From Setoptus koraiensis (lineage: Eukaryota > Animalia > Arthropoda): a DNA stretch of 64,000 nt. This document shows positions 23,030 through 36,590 of the stretch, one piece after another. How positions within the stretch are numbered: the first letter of the stretch is position 1; the number at the start of each line of letters is the position of its first letter. The notes below the pieces were generated by a model that did no database searches, was not told the DNA's origin, and saw only the letters and a list, made by a program, of their open reading frames with translations. A program made the translations under genes and the position numbers. The stretch is from the NCBI GenBank assembly GCA_048013815.1, contig CM106585.1:2356001-2420000 (forward strand), in the 5' to 3' direction.

Positions 23030-26000
23030 GACGTACGCATATATATTTATATTATATTTATATATATATATATGTTTACACAGTAAGTAATAATGGCAGT
23101 AAGCTAAACCACGATTGTGCTCTCATATACAACTGAACATAGAGAGTGCGCAAAATTGACATAGCTCTTTCTCTCTGACAAAACATCACCCAACATACAA
23201 AACACTCGCTGTGACTAGCTAACTGACAATCGCTATGAAACTGCTACTGATCAAACTATTGCCGCCTCTATTGTCTGACATTGTGAGTAACGACTGTCTA
23301 TTTTGATGCTCGAACAAACACTGATTACGTGTTCCTCGTTGTTATATATTCTATGTCAATACTGTTGTTGCTTTCGCTGTTGCATCTATTGTTTTAAGAC
23401 AACAAGAAACAAAGACAGACCAAGCTCTATTCTGTCGCTATACTGAATTGCGTTACGTGGTCGTACTATTTTGTATTGATTGTTGGTTTATCCATCACTC
23501 AAAGCCGACAAAAATAGTGCCCAAACAAGAACAGAGAACCATTCGAGGGCTTGAAATTAATTTCCTTTTGTTTCGCTGATGATGGATAAACTTCAATTTT
23601 GGGCTCACCTGCGCATTGGAGAGTGCGCAAACAAGATTGTTCTTGTCATCGCTTGCACTGGTCATGCAAACACACACACACACACACAAAGTCAGCAGAT
23701 AGGGGTGGCCAGTATTTTATAGGTCTCGCTCTCTTCATGCTAAATGGACGGACACTCCAATGAGGCAACTCTTAGCAACAGACCAGCCCTAGATATGGTA
23801 GGGGTAGAAGTTTTTTTCTTTGCATCATTCTAACATTTGATATATCGTCAAGTGGCCGAACGAATGACGATCAAGCTAATATTAATGTGGATGTGAGATC
23901 ATAAACAATGTGCTAGTTATGTTGTCATGTCCATTGATGTTCATGTATATTGTTGTCGTTGTTTTATATCAATTGAATAGAATGTGTTCAATCAATGGCC
24001 ATTATTGATTGGTCATTTCGTTATATCAAAACACATTCTTCCAGAGGTAGAATACAATGAACATCTCAGTTTCAATTTTAGTTAGTCTAGTTATTGAAGC
24101 AGTATGTGTCAATTGCGATTATTGTCACACCACTTCGCTCCACAACATACATGCTATATATACAAACACCGACACACACACACACACACACATCAGTCAA
24201 GTCAGATTCAGTTCAGATAAAACTCATCTAGTTCTCAATTTAACGCTGACTAGATGGTGACATCACCTGTGTGTGTTAAACTCCAATTTTAACTTTTGGT
24301 TGTTATCAGTTGTGACTGGTGCTTTAAAACAGTCGGTGGACATAATGGTATCAATTGTCTTGTCTTGATACTGTCTCTATCTACTGCCTGCGCTGTCTAT
24401 CTATGGTCGATAAGTCGTATAAGTCATCGTTACATAAGTGATGAGAGTTATAACTCCATGTGGCCATGTATCATTGAATGTGAATAGAACCAGCAATAGC
24501 AACCAATTATCATGCCAACACTCTCATGAGAGGACATGTTGCTTGCTTGCCGCTGCCGTTGTTGCTATTACCACATGTTATATATCGACTGTTGTTGCTT
24601 GTGATGTTAGCGTCAAGTGGTGACGCAAGATTAACACCGTCATTGCTGGTACCGCCGCCGACGCCGCCACCACCACTGTAGTCACTGTCACCGCTATTAG
24701 CGCCACCAACATAGACAATAACAACACATTGAATAAAAAGAGAGAGAGAGAGATAGATACAGACAGGTGAGCGCATTAAACAGCTGGAGCACAAAAAGTG
24801 TTTCTCCCACACTTGTGAGCGGCTTGTTAGTAAGTGCTAGTTACATCGTTATCAGTGTCATTGCCGTGGAAAATAACAACACGACAGCATCATCAGTGGA
24901 GCGGGCAACAATGACAATACTATCTACTGGTATCGCTAACTAGCAATGGACGTCCAATCCAATCCGAAGCAATCTGATCAGACGCAATCCAATCAATGTA
25001 GGAGGCAACGCAAGATCTCACACTTAGAGGCTTCCTTCAATTTCTCCACTTTGGCCTCCCTGTGCCGCGCTTCATTGCCGGTCTCAATCAATGCCTCGCT
25101 CGCTCATTCTGTTCTCACTGGCCTGTTGTGACTGTTGTTATATACAAGAAATATCACACCTTGTTACTATTATTAGCTAACAGGCTCAAGACTTGTTAAA
25201 TATATATAGCAACTGTGTGACAACTTGTTGTTGCCCAACTAGAGAGCACATCTTTCACAGAGAATAGATCCCACGAGACTGAGAGCTCATTCATGTTTAG
25301 CTCATTCTCTTGTGATCTTTTAGTGATAATAGCGCGTGTTCCTAGTTGTTATTTGTCGGCGACAATATATCACCGCAATGAGATAACTATACAATAACAC
25401 ACGCTCCCAAGTGATATGGTGATTCTCATCGCTCCCTCAAAACATAGGTATCGAGATGGGAGCCATTTAGAAGTCAGTGTGAAACACACACGATGCCCAT
25501 TCTGACATTCACACAAACATGTTTGATTTAATTTCAACCGCACTCTACAAGTGCAAGTTTTACATTTTTATGTTATTGTTGGTCGCTAATTACAACTGCT
25601 TTGTCCTCGTGGCCTTAGATTAGATGGTCACACAATATATAGAGGATGTCCAGTGTATGGTGGCTTCACTTTGGTACGTTTTGGTTGGTTGGTTTCGGAA
25701 TCATCTGTCGCCGCTGACTTGCTAGTCATGTGCCAGCACAATAATGATGACTTTGCCTTCTTTGTGCCCATTACATGGCATGACGGATTTCGACTGACAT
25801 TAACACTGGCAGACGGTAAAATGGCTTCTATGCGCTACCGCTATGTTCTACATGTTTCATGTATGAGAGCAAGTATCGGTATTGCAGTTGACCAGATAGA
25901 CGTACATGTTTGTATCATGTGCCAGTCTGGTGACATAAACAGCAGCTGACAATCATCAATTACCACTGGTACCATTTTCTAGCAGCAGTTATCCCATGCA

Positions 26001-26516
26001 CTCTGCTCATATTTAGAGGAAAGAGTTAGGGATCGAAGTACATTCAATAACTTCGGCACAAGAACAAATATACATTTATAGATATATATGCATGTATATA
26101 AATGTGCGTTAGAGGGAACGAACATCCGAGGAACAAGCATTTCATTGCTCCAATAATCACCATGAGCGAAACCATGCACGCGTGTGTGTGTGCATTTGAC
26201 ATTCGCATCCTTTTGTCCACTACTGTACTGTCATCAATTGTTACGTAACGTTCAACGGCTGCTGCTGCTGGAGCAGTGAAAATTGGCCGGCTTACAAGAT
26301 ATGCCTATAAGATATCATGTCTGGGAATATTATTATGTGTTGCAACTTTTCAAGTCATCAATGAGTTGTAAACAATTGTAGACACAAGCTGGAATAACTG
26401 GGTTGTCACAATGTGTTGTCTCTATGATAAACTATTTGCCATTTTGCAAAACGAGCTGGAGCACTTAACGATAACTCTTAATGATTTGAAAATATTTGAT
26501 CTGGTGCCAAATGTCC

Positions 26517-27044
<528 letters not shown>

Positions 27045-27242
27045 CTTGCGGTACTTTGTGCGTTGTTGCGCCTGCTATCTGCCAGAATCATCACGTTGGA
27101 GCACACAATCGTTTTGTCTGAATCGATCGCTGTCAGTACGAGTTGTACAATAATAATGGTTCTACATTCAATGATATAATAATCTATTCTTCAAGTTAAT
27201 CAACTACAATGCAAGCTAATAGATTGCAGAGCGACTTCAAGA

Positions 27243-27742
27243 NNNNNNNNNNNNNNNNNNNNNNNNNNNNNNNNNNNNNNNNNNNNNNNNNNNNNNNNNN
27301 NNNNNNNNNNNNNNNNNNNNNNNNNNNNNNNNNNNNNNNNNNNNNNNNNNNNNNNNNNNNNNNNNNNNNNNNNNNNNNNNNNNNNNNNNNNNNNNNNNNN
27401 NNNNNNNNNNNNNNNNNNNNNNNNNNNNNNNNNNNNNNNNNNNNNNNNNNNNNNNNNNNNNNNNNNNNNNNNNNNNNNNNNNNNNNNNNNNNNNNNNNNN
27501 NNNNNNNNNNNNNNNNNNNNNNNNNNNNNNNNNNNNNNNNNNNNNNNNNNNNNNNNNNNNNNNNNNNNNNNNNNNNNNNNNNNNNNNNNNNNNNNNNNNN
27601 NNNNNNNNNNNNNNNNNNNNNNNNNNNNNNNNNNNNNNNNNNNNNNNNNNNNNNNNNNNNNNNNNNNNNNNNNNNNNNNNNNNNNNNNNNNNNNNNNNNN
27701 NNNNNNNNNNNNNNNNNNNNNNNNNNNNNNNNNNNNNNNNNN
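27243..27742. other. Assembly gap (500 N)
   Basis: Exactly 500 N. A round gap size is typical of scaffolding joins with unknown true distance. Confidence 0.98.
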
Positions 27743-29974
27743 CAGTATGCATCTCGGATCAGAGTGGGGAGAGTCCAGCTCCACCCCCGGACAACCTTGC
27801 CCCCCCCCCACCCCTCTCTGTAACAACATCAACCTGGCTCGGATTTTTGCAACATTTCGATGATGCGCCAATACTTTTTACCCATTTATCATCGAATGTC
27901 GGTTCATCAGGGACAAGTGCAGCTCGAGACATTCAGACCATCAATTAGGCCTAGCCTACTCTTCATCAACATAATAGGCTTCAATCAGCAGTTGTTTCGA
28001 TTATTCTTTGTTTTGATGTTTCGTTGTTTCGACAGAGTTTCGACAAGATACAAATAAAGCTCTCTCAGTGCATCTGTGACACTATGTTGTTCATGGAGGT
28101 TTACGGGGACATTATCTTGATGAACCTTTTCTTAATGCCGATAGGTGGTGCCAGTGATTTCTGTGGGTGGATAACTGCTCGAATGGAGCTGAGACTTACA
28201 ACTCCGTTGCCCGAAAATGACTTGATTGGTGGCAACGATTCTTATCAACTAACAATAGCGACGGTAGTTGATGACAACTTTACAGCAACCGGAATTCCAT
28301 CATCGTAAACTCGACTGTGAGTCGGGGCATTACCTGTTGAACTGGAATGCAGTAATGATTGCGTATGTAATGAAATTAACAAGATTGGTCAGTCTCGTCC
28401 AGAGTCTGTTTAACCCCGTGATCGACTGGCCGAGTTATCGGTGGTTGCTAGTGGTTCGGTTGCTGAGGCACACAAGTGTAAACAATGCACACAATAATAA
28501 TAATGGTCGTAATAATAATAGCGATCGAAAGTTAGAGAAAGTGAACGAAGCACAATAAAGCATACAAGTTGCTATGTCGATACAAGCTAACGCAGTTGCG
28601 ACAGCAAACGACACTTGTTATTGAAAAGTGAATAAATAGTTGTAACAGTTGAGTAATACAAGGCAATCGAGCGACACTTTTTCTGCTAGCCAACTGCTTT
28701 TTTTTTTGAATCGGTTGAACGACTTGCATCAAATGGAGAGCTTGACAACTGGCAAGCTACTTTTGCTAGTGTCAGTTGCCTATTAGCCTTGCAGTTTGAG
28801 TTAACATTGAGAATCGAGTTGGATAGCGGCTCGTTGCACTTGCCAGCTGACTGTTGCCGGTCGCTTGTTACCAGTTACCAGTTACCAGTTGCCAGGTTGC
28901 AGCTCCATCAAGAGCTAGCCAAAGAGTTGCCATAGTTTACCAAGCTATAATAAACGTACGTATATATACGCATACTATAGTTCTCAATGGACATTACAGT
29001 TGTCTAATTGCGACCCAACTAACCTCGTTGCAATAGTTGGTCCTCTTTCCATTTTTCCAGAGTGCTTTAGTTGTTGTGCGTTTGCTTGCGATTGTACTGG
29101 AACTAGTTAAGGTGGAAGATATAAATAAAACAACAATATCAATTAATATTGTTGCTGTGGAATTGTTGTGCAAGTGATCCTTGGAGTTACGTCACTAGTT
29201 GTGTGTCATTCGGTCTGAATAGTCCTAGGGATAAACTGAAATTAAATTATCAAATTGCTATTGTCGTAGTGAAGTAGAGTAGAGAGAACGAAATTATGAG
29301 TTGAGTCGTTACAACCAAATCAAAATAGTGCTCGGATAAATGTAATTGGAGTGGAAATATGCCTGCATCTAGATTGAAAGTTTCATTGAAAGTGCACCAC
29401 AATAGACCCGTTCAATTGTTCATTGTTACGGCATTCACATGGAATAAATCCATGCAGATCGCAGCCCGATTGAGTAGATGCAAATTTTCAGTGGCGAAAT
29501 TAATCAAATAATCTAGCCAGTTTCTCTAGATAATCTTGTTCTCTTGGCGTCGCTATTGTTGCTGTTGTCGTACTCTTGAATTTTTACCCTTTCTATTTGC
29601 GCCTGTACCGTGTTTCACTGTGTGCGCTCATTCCAATTGCCTTTTGGTCGCTTTTTTCAAATCCCGCCAGGGCGACACAACTGATTCATCTCGTGCAATG
29701 TGAGCGAGTAGCAGTTTATCTTGTGCAGTGCGTATGTGCAGGATCTCAAACAATTATCTGAACCCGCTCACGCCAAACTTAACGCCAATCTGCTTGGATG
29801 CAAGCTCAAAAGAATCAGAATGAATAAACATTTATCGAGACACTGTGACTGGTCGAGCGGACCTACGCGCCCCTGGTGGAGAAAATAAGCGACTGAAAAA
29901 TGCTTTGAATATAGGCACAGTGTACGAAAACTCACACGCTAAACCACTATGGCTTTCACATTGTTGTCCCTGTC

Positions 29975-29975
29975 G

Positions 29976-30034
<59 letters not shown>

Positions 30035-30035
30035 G
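29975..30035. repeat. (GTT)20 trinucleotide microsatellite
   Basis: Pure GTT array; it reads as polyQ on the minus strand directly after an ATG. Confidence 0.95.
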
Positions 30036-33000
30036 CATGATGTAATAATGTCATGATATAACAGCGACAACAATTGACAATATTATGTCAAGTCTTGTCC
30101 CCTTGCTCACACGATGCATCTCTCACTTTTCCCCATTGGACAGCCACTTTCCAATCTGCTTCCTTTCACTACAACCGTACGCAAACACTGTTGTTGTTTG
30201 CAAGCTTGTTTATAAACAACAACAGGTGAGTTGATTTCTCATCTTTCCACAGGCCAATTCAATAAGCTCAACTGAATATCAGGTGATGACTCGCTACTTG
30301 GCCGCTTGACTCATACAACTACGAACAACGGAAACGGCAACAAGCGAAAAAAAGAATGAAAACTCTTTATTCTTTCTATCATCATTGTAAATAGTGATAA
30401 GTGCATAAATAATAACACCTGAGCCTAAGCTGAGTGTGTGTTTCCTATCACCACCGATATCAGCACCATTGATAGCCACTTAAAACCATCAATCAATGTC
30501 GGCAACAATGTTACGCAATACCGGTGTACAATGGTACAAAAATTGTTTATCTAATGTGTGCCAGTGAGTTGTTTGTAACAATGGCCACTGACCAGTCGCG
30601 CGCAATTGTTGACTTTGTCTATTATTCATTCGGTTAAATCATTTCGTTTTCTTTTTGTGTAGGAATTGGCCACAATAATAAACTTGAGCAAGCGTATTTA
30701 TATTACTTAACTCACTCAATAAACTGATATGAATGATTCGTGCGTTTATCCGACAAGTAAGGTGTCGGTATGAATTGATAAAATAAAATTTGCCTAGCCA
30801 ATTCAGTTGATTAACAATGACAACATGTGGCGCACTCTCATTCACAACAATTGAACTTGAACCGACCGACCGGATGATGACTGGTCGTGCAATCATTAGA
30901 CTAGCTGCCATCCTGCGGGCTACGTGACGACACGCGACTAACTAATATCAAGATCGTCGACAGTGCTAGATAACATTTATCTTGTCTATTGTGTTTATTT
31001 CATCGTTGGCACATTCACATTAGCTTGTTAACAACAACAGCAACAACAACAACAATTAACACACTGTTGTGACAGAAACTAAACAATACCGGCAACAGCA
31101 ACAACAACAACAACAACGAGTTGCTTTATTCATCGCTTATATATTCAATCAGCCAGCTAGAGCAAATTAAGTGAATGAGCTTCCGACGCAAAAATGTTTA
31201 CTTTTTGTTGTAGAACATTGGTTATGCAGAGAGTGAGCCGTTATGTTGTTTATTTCAAGGTTATCCATCAATATTATCGTATAGCCGCGTTGCAGATCAA
31301 ACGCGGAGCCTCGACACCAACAGCAGAGTCATTGCAACAATAACAACTATTCAATGTTGTGCTGTTCCGGCGCTAACAATTGCGAGAGCAATCTTTTGTC
31401 TAATGTATATTTGCTCCAACATCGCTCGTTCGAATGACTGCTGCTGAGCCGGCTGACAACAACCCGACCCGATAGATCAATTGTGTGCGATGATGAGCCA
31501 AAGAAAGAAGCCAAGCGAAATAACAAGCCCGTCGAATAAATGGATAAACGAATAACCTGAGTTACCTGATACTATCAGGCCGATAGTGTTAGGGATGTTT
31601 GAATGAGAGATGCCAGTCGGCGGTGGCAATGAAAACTAGTTCTCATGAGGGAATTCGCTTTTGTTGTTGTTGTAGTTACGTTCGCAGATCTATAGCAAGT
31701 TTTCCAGCTAGTCTTGTCGGAAGAGTTAGTCGGCAGTAATAGACAAAACAAACTAAAAGTCTTAAAGTTTGAGCGTATGAACGTGCCAAAGTAAAGAAGC
31801 CCAACCAAAAATAACCGATTTACTCTATTATTCAAAAGACGCACAGTCGTCGCTGATATTGTTATTACTGTTACTCTCACTTTACTTTAGCTATACAAAC
31901 AGAGCTCGATGGTATGCTCATATTAGTCAATAGTTTACAGGAGTAGAGTGCTTAATTAATCCAGTCACTGCACTCAGAAATCTATCTAATTATTCTTGAA
32001 ATTTCTTCTTTGTCTTAGGCTGTCCCCACGAGGTGTCTGCACGTCAGTGTCTGAGTTTAGTATCGTATAACGTGACTACGACAATATGCTCTTATGGGGA
32101 CTTTTTATCTGGGCAGATAAAAACGTTTTACAAAGTAGTTTTAATGGTAACTTTAATGTAGTAGTTTTATATTCTCTAATGACGTAGTATCAAATGCATC
32201 CATTCAATAGTGTGAATTCATATTCATACTTCTCTACCCATACCATTTATACCATCCATATATCAGATTATCACAATTCAGCTTATTACAGCAGTGCTGT
32301 TGGCACTAGATGTAGCATTACTTGTGTCTGTGTGCAGGCAAGAAAGAGTAAAATATAAAATTAAAAAAAATCTAGTATCGGCAGTCAGGAAAGAAGTATC
32401 ATTATTAACCTTGAAGTCACTCTCCTTAGAAGTTTCTTCGTAGACGGCGACGACGACGATGCCGACGACGCCGACTGATACCACTGACATCACAGTAGAG
32501 ACTAAATGACGGTCTCATTAGGGCCACATGTAATTGGCTCGAATGGCCAATTAATCAGCAGCATTAATTGATTTTTTGAAACTGGGCTCGTCCACATCCT
32601 CTGTTCGGCCGTGCCAATTCTGACAATCAATTTTGTCAGTCAACTATTATTGTTGTTTTTCATGCAACATCAGCAATAACAGTTGAAGCCAGCAACACAA
32701 TTTCAGTCAGTCTTTTCATGGCTGCTTGTTGTTGTTGCCGCTGCTGTTGCTGTAATTGGTTGAAAATTCTGGAATTCGCTCGGTCTATCTCAGGTGTTTA
32801 CGATGAAAACCGTGTACATGTAAATTCACGAGGAAGTTTCTAAAGATAAATCATGCAAATTAGCATTGCTAATGCATGCAATGTTCAATGTCAAAGAGGA
32901 CGACGATGACGATAATCGACAGCGAATAGTTGTCCCAACAATATGTCGATCAATGATCTCGCCAAATAATGACTGGCAACACGCGAACAAACAACAACAT

Positions 33001-34666
33001 CGCTGACGTGACTTTGTTCTAAATCTAGAATCTAGATCTTATTTTGCGGATAATGTCACAGACACAAGCTCACAAACTCACTCGTCTGACAGGCCCCGAT
33101 TGATGGGCTAATTATGATGATTGTTTTTCAGACTCGAGCACCGTCGCGAGCTTGCACCGATCAATTATTGCCTATTGGTTGGTGCTTGGTGTTGTTGAGA
33201 TTGCCAAAGATTGACGCTGGCCAGCGAGCGAGCTTAGATAAAAGAGCTCAGATTAGAGAGAAATTGTTTGTGGTGGGTCTGCGTCTTTAGAGACACACGA
33301 CTGCATAGGCGAGTGAAAATGAGCGAGTCTTCGGACTGTCAAGCTGGTATTGAGACAAATGGCAAAAATAAGCATTCTGTTGGCCTCGAGAGTGGTAAAC
33401 AGCGACTACAATTTATATTCATCAACTAAATGTAAAATAATATTGAATATAATGATCGACTGGCACCAGCAATGTTTTGCTAACTGTTATGTCGTGTGTC
33501 ACACCCAGTGTTGGATTTAATTTGAATTTGTTTAGGGCTTTTAGGCAGAAGAAATAACTATTGGCTATCGATCCAGTGGCCGGCCAACAAGTTTTGAGTG
33601 TTAAGCTTTTGTGGTAACATGAGATGAGTACGCTGAGTGAGTGTAACTGTACTTTGAACTCTCACTCTGTTTTGATTGTGCTCGTATCCAGGTAAAATAT
33701 GAAAATTGTTGGAATGGCCAACTGTAAAGCAACAGCCAGAGAGAATGTAATAATAGTGGACGAGACAGTTTAACTAGTGGTTACACACACAAGCACACAG
33801 GTGAGTGACTGTGTGTAGCTCGGAGTGATTGTATTGATTGTCGTTGTTGTCGTTGTTGGTTGTTGTTGTCGTTGGTTGTTGTGGTTGTTGTTGTTGTTGT
33901 TAAAGTTTGCTCAGCCAGTCAGTCACCTCTCTATTTCTCTGTTGCTCTCTGATTGGCATGGATACAACAAAGCGCCGACAAAGGTGCCAGCAAACATCAA
34001 CCGTTGGCCCACTTAATGATCCCATGAATTAAATGGCTCGAAAACTGATAGCTCAATCATTGGCTTGCAAGCAAGTTTGTTGTTGGTGTGTGTATTATAT
34101 TGTGTCTCAATATTGTGTGCTGAGGCCAATAGCTAGCCTCAATAATATTGAGATATCACTATTATTGTTGAGTCAGTATGCAAATGCAGTGAGTTTCTAA
34201 TTGATTGGGCATATGCTCGCTCATTGAGTATAACAATAAAGTAGTCACAACAAGCAACAAGCAACAACAACGACAACAACAACTAGTCATTGTGGTTACA
34301 TAACAACTATGATTAGCGGCGCTGACCACACACAAACTTTAGCGTCATTGTCAGCAAACAACACTTATAGTTGCACAAGCTGATACAAGCCATTTCAAGT
34401 TCGCTGTCTGGCCACATTGGCAAGACCGTGACAGTTAGTTTAGTTATGAGTGATAGTCAATTTACAATTGTTAGTCATTCTTGTCAATTCCTGTCGGTCG
34501 GTGGCACACACACAGCAGTATATCACCGGGCTGGTGATTGTCGGACGGGCACGACAATGATGACCATACTATGGTCATCACAGTGATAACACCCCATCAT
34601 CCACCTATTCATGTTTCCATTGGAATGTAAATGTTGTATTAGAATATATTTTATATTTCAATGATT

Positions 34667-34733
34667 TTATATTGCAATATATGTTGCATTGCAATATATG
34701 TTACGTTGCAATGCGTCGTGAATGCGCAATAAG
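34667..34733 (+). ncRNA. Candidate pre-miRNA-like hairpin
   Basis: TATTGCAATATATGTTGCATTGCAA pairs with TTGCAATGCGTCGTGAATGCGCAATA around an 11-nt loop, giving about 22 pairs including G-U when folded by hand. Confidence 0.2.
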
Positions 34734-36111
34734 TAACTGCGAAGCGAGAAACAATGCATTCAGCTTTCGTTTGAGAGTTTTGCGAAAGCCCTAATTGATT
34801 GTTTTGCGATCCAAATGGCGTTCGATGTCCACTCTAAATCGTCCGGCACACAATTGTTGCTGGCTGGCTGTCGCTCGCACAAGCGGACGAGTGAACAAAA
34901 GAAACGACATTACTAATTGTTGCTCCATTAGCTGTAATTTGCATATTTATATGTTACAATATGTATATATATATTTGGATTAATTATGTGTGTACAGTAA
35001 ATCAGGCTGAATCAGGTTGCATCAGCAGCAATGCGACACGCCAAAAGAACGCACAGTATACAAGCGATGATTGGCCAAATAGAAGTACGAAAATAATAAT
35101 GATTCTCTCTTCTTGTTCGCTGCATATCCTGAATATCCCTGCAGACTGCAGTATTTAGCCTGTTGTGTGAGTGTACACTGTGTAAAGCTGGCAAAATTGA
35201 TAGTTCAAAGCCGTCAAAGCAAGCAAATTGAAAGCTCTGGCAAAGGAATGCGGGAGCCTCGCCGCGGTATACCAGTGCGTCACTATTCAATTTGAATTAT
35301 TTCGGCTCATTTGAAAATGAGCCAAAATTATATCGCTACGAGTTTAAACGGAGCCAAACGAATTGACGGCACATATGAGTAGAGTGAAGCATATAACACT
35401 GACAGCTTACTATGACTAGCTTGCCAGCTAGCGAAGCCGACAATAAAACAACAACTTGTTGATCTTCTATAAGCTGTTGATAGTTTCCTGACTGAATACT
35501 AGCCAGTCAGCCAGCCAGTCAGTCAGTGAGCCAGTATTAAGTCTGGCGAGCTGTTAGACCAGCAAGTGAGCCAGTCTAACTACTGCATGCCTACTACTTG
35601 TACCTCTAGCACTACCACAACCACTTTATAATGTAAAAGTGTTAGCGACAACCACCTACAGCAAGCACAACAACATTATCATTTGTTGCTCTCTCACTAG
35701 TTGTATATACTCAATAGAGAATAACCAGTATTCTTTGGCTCTATCTCGCCATCCGTCGCCACTAACATTTACAAACAACAACATGCAGTGGTGCCAAAAC
35801 AGAAACCACCTTGCACGACGCTAATCAGTAGTTCAGCAAAATCATTGCAACAAGTAATGAGAGAGAGCGAGTTTGCATTTCGAAGAGCGCCAGCGCATTT
35901 CTTAATATCAACAACAACAACAGTGCTATCAGCAGATTGTTCTTCGACAGCGACGACGAACAGGTGAACTTGACATTCGTTTCTTTGCCTCGCCTCGAAC
36001 AACAACGACAACAAATTATCTGCCATTGCAAGCACACTCTCTCCTCGATCGGGCCCGAACACGATTATTCACAGCTAACAAATTAATAGTGACGCTGGCT
36101 CGCCCCCCTGT

Positions 36112-36113
<2 letters not shown>

Positions 36114-36149
<36 letters not shown>
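36114..36149. repeat. (AG)n microsatellite; representative of many CA/GA/CAA/CAT arrays in 1-8 kb and 23-36 kb
   Basis: Seen directly. Confidence 0.95.
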
Positions 36150-36153
<4 letters not shown>

Positions 36154-36590
36154 TCTCGGGTATCACATCACAGGACCGGAAAGCAGGCGCCAATCAAAGG
36201 GTGACAACAACAGCAAAAGTAGCCACCATAGAGTACGTGATATTGCACGATTTAGTGCCCATGCAAATCATGTTGAGCTCATGAAAATATCTGAGGTCTC
36301 AGTCACCAGTAGACAGTGCTGATTTGATTTTGACAAATGATATGCAAATCGTGGGTGCCATCTTATCATCGCCAGCACCTACAATCATTTACATGACCTA
36401 CAATTACATTACCACAGTAACCCCACCAGCATAAGCAACGACAACAAACGTGCAACGAGCACCATCCGAGACAAAAGTGTTAATTATCACACATCGATCG
36501 ATTGATTCAAGTCAAACAGACGTGACTTGAAGTTTAGTACAAGTTAATTAGAGCGCGACACACTCGCAATCAATCATTATTCATATCATT

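Noticed and set aside
27860-28430. Degenerate coding-like stretch right of the gap (possible TE or pseudogene relic)
   Set aside because: No RT, transposase or other motif recognisable, and the frames are broken by stops.
34621-34642. TGGAATGTAAA matching the 5-prime half of miR-1
   Set aside because: The 3-prime half does not match and there is no complementary arm to form a precursor.
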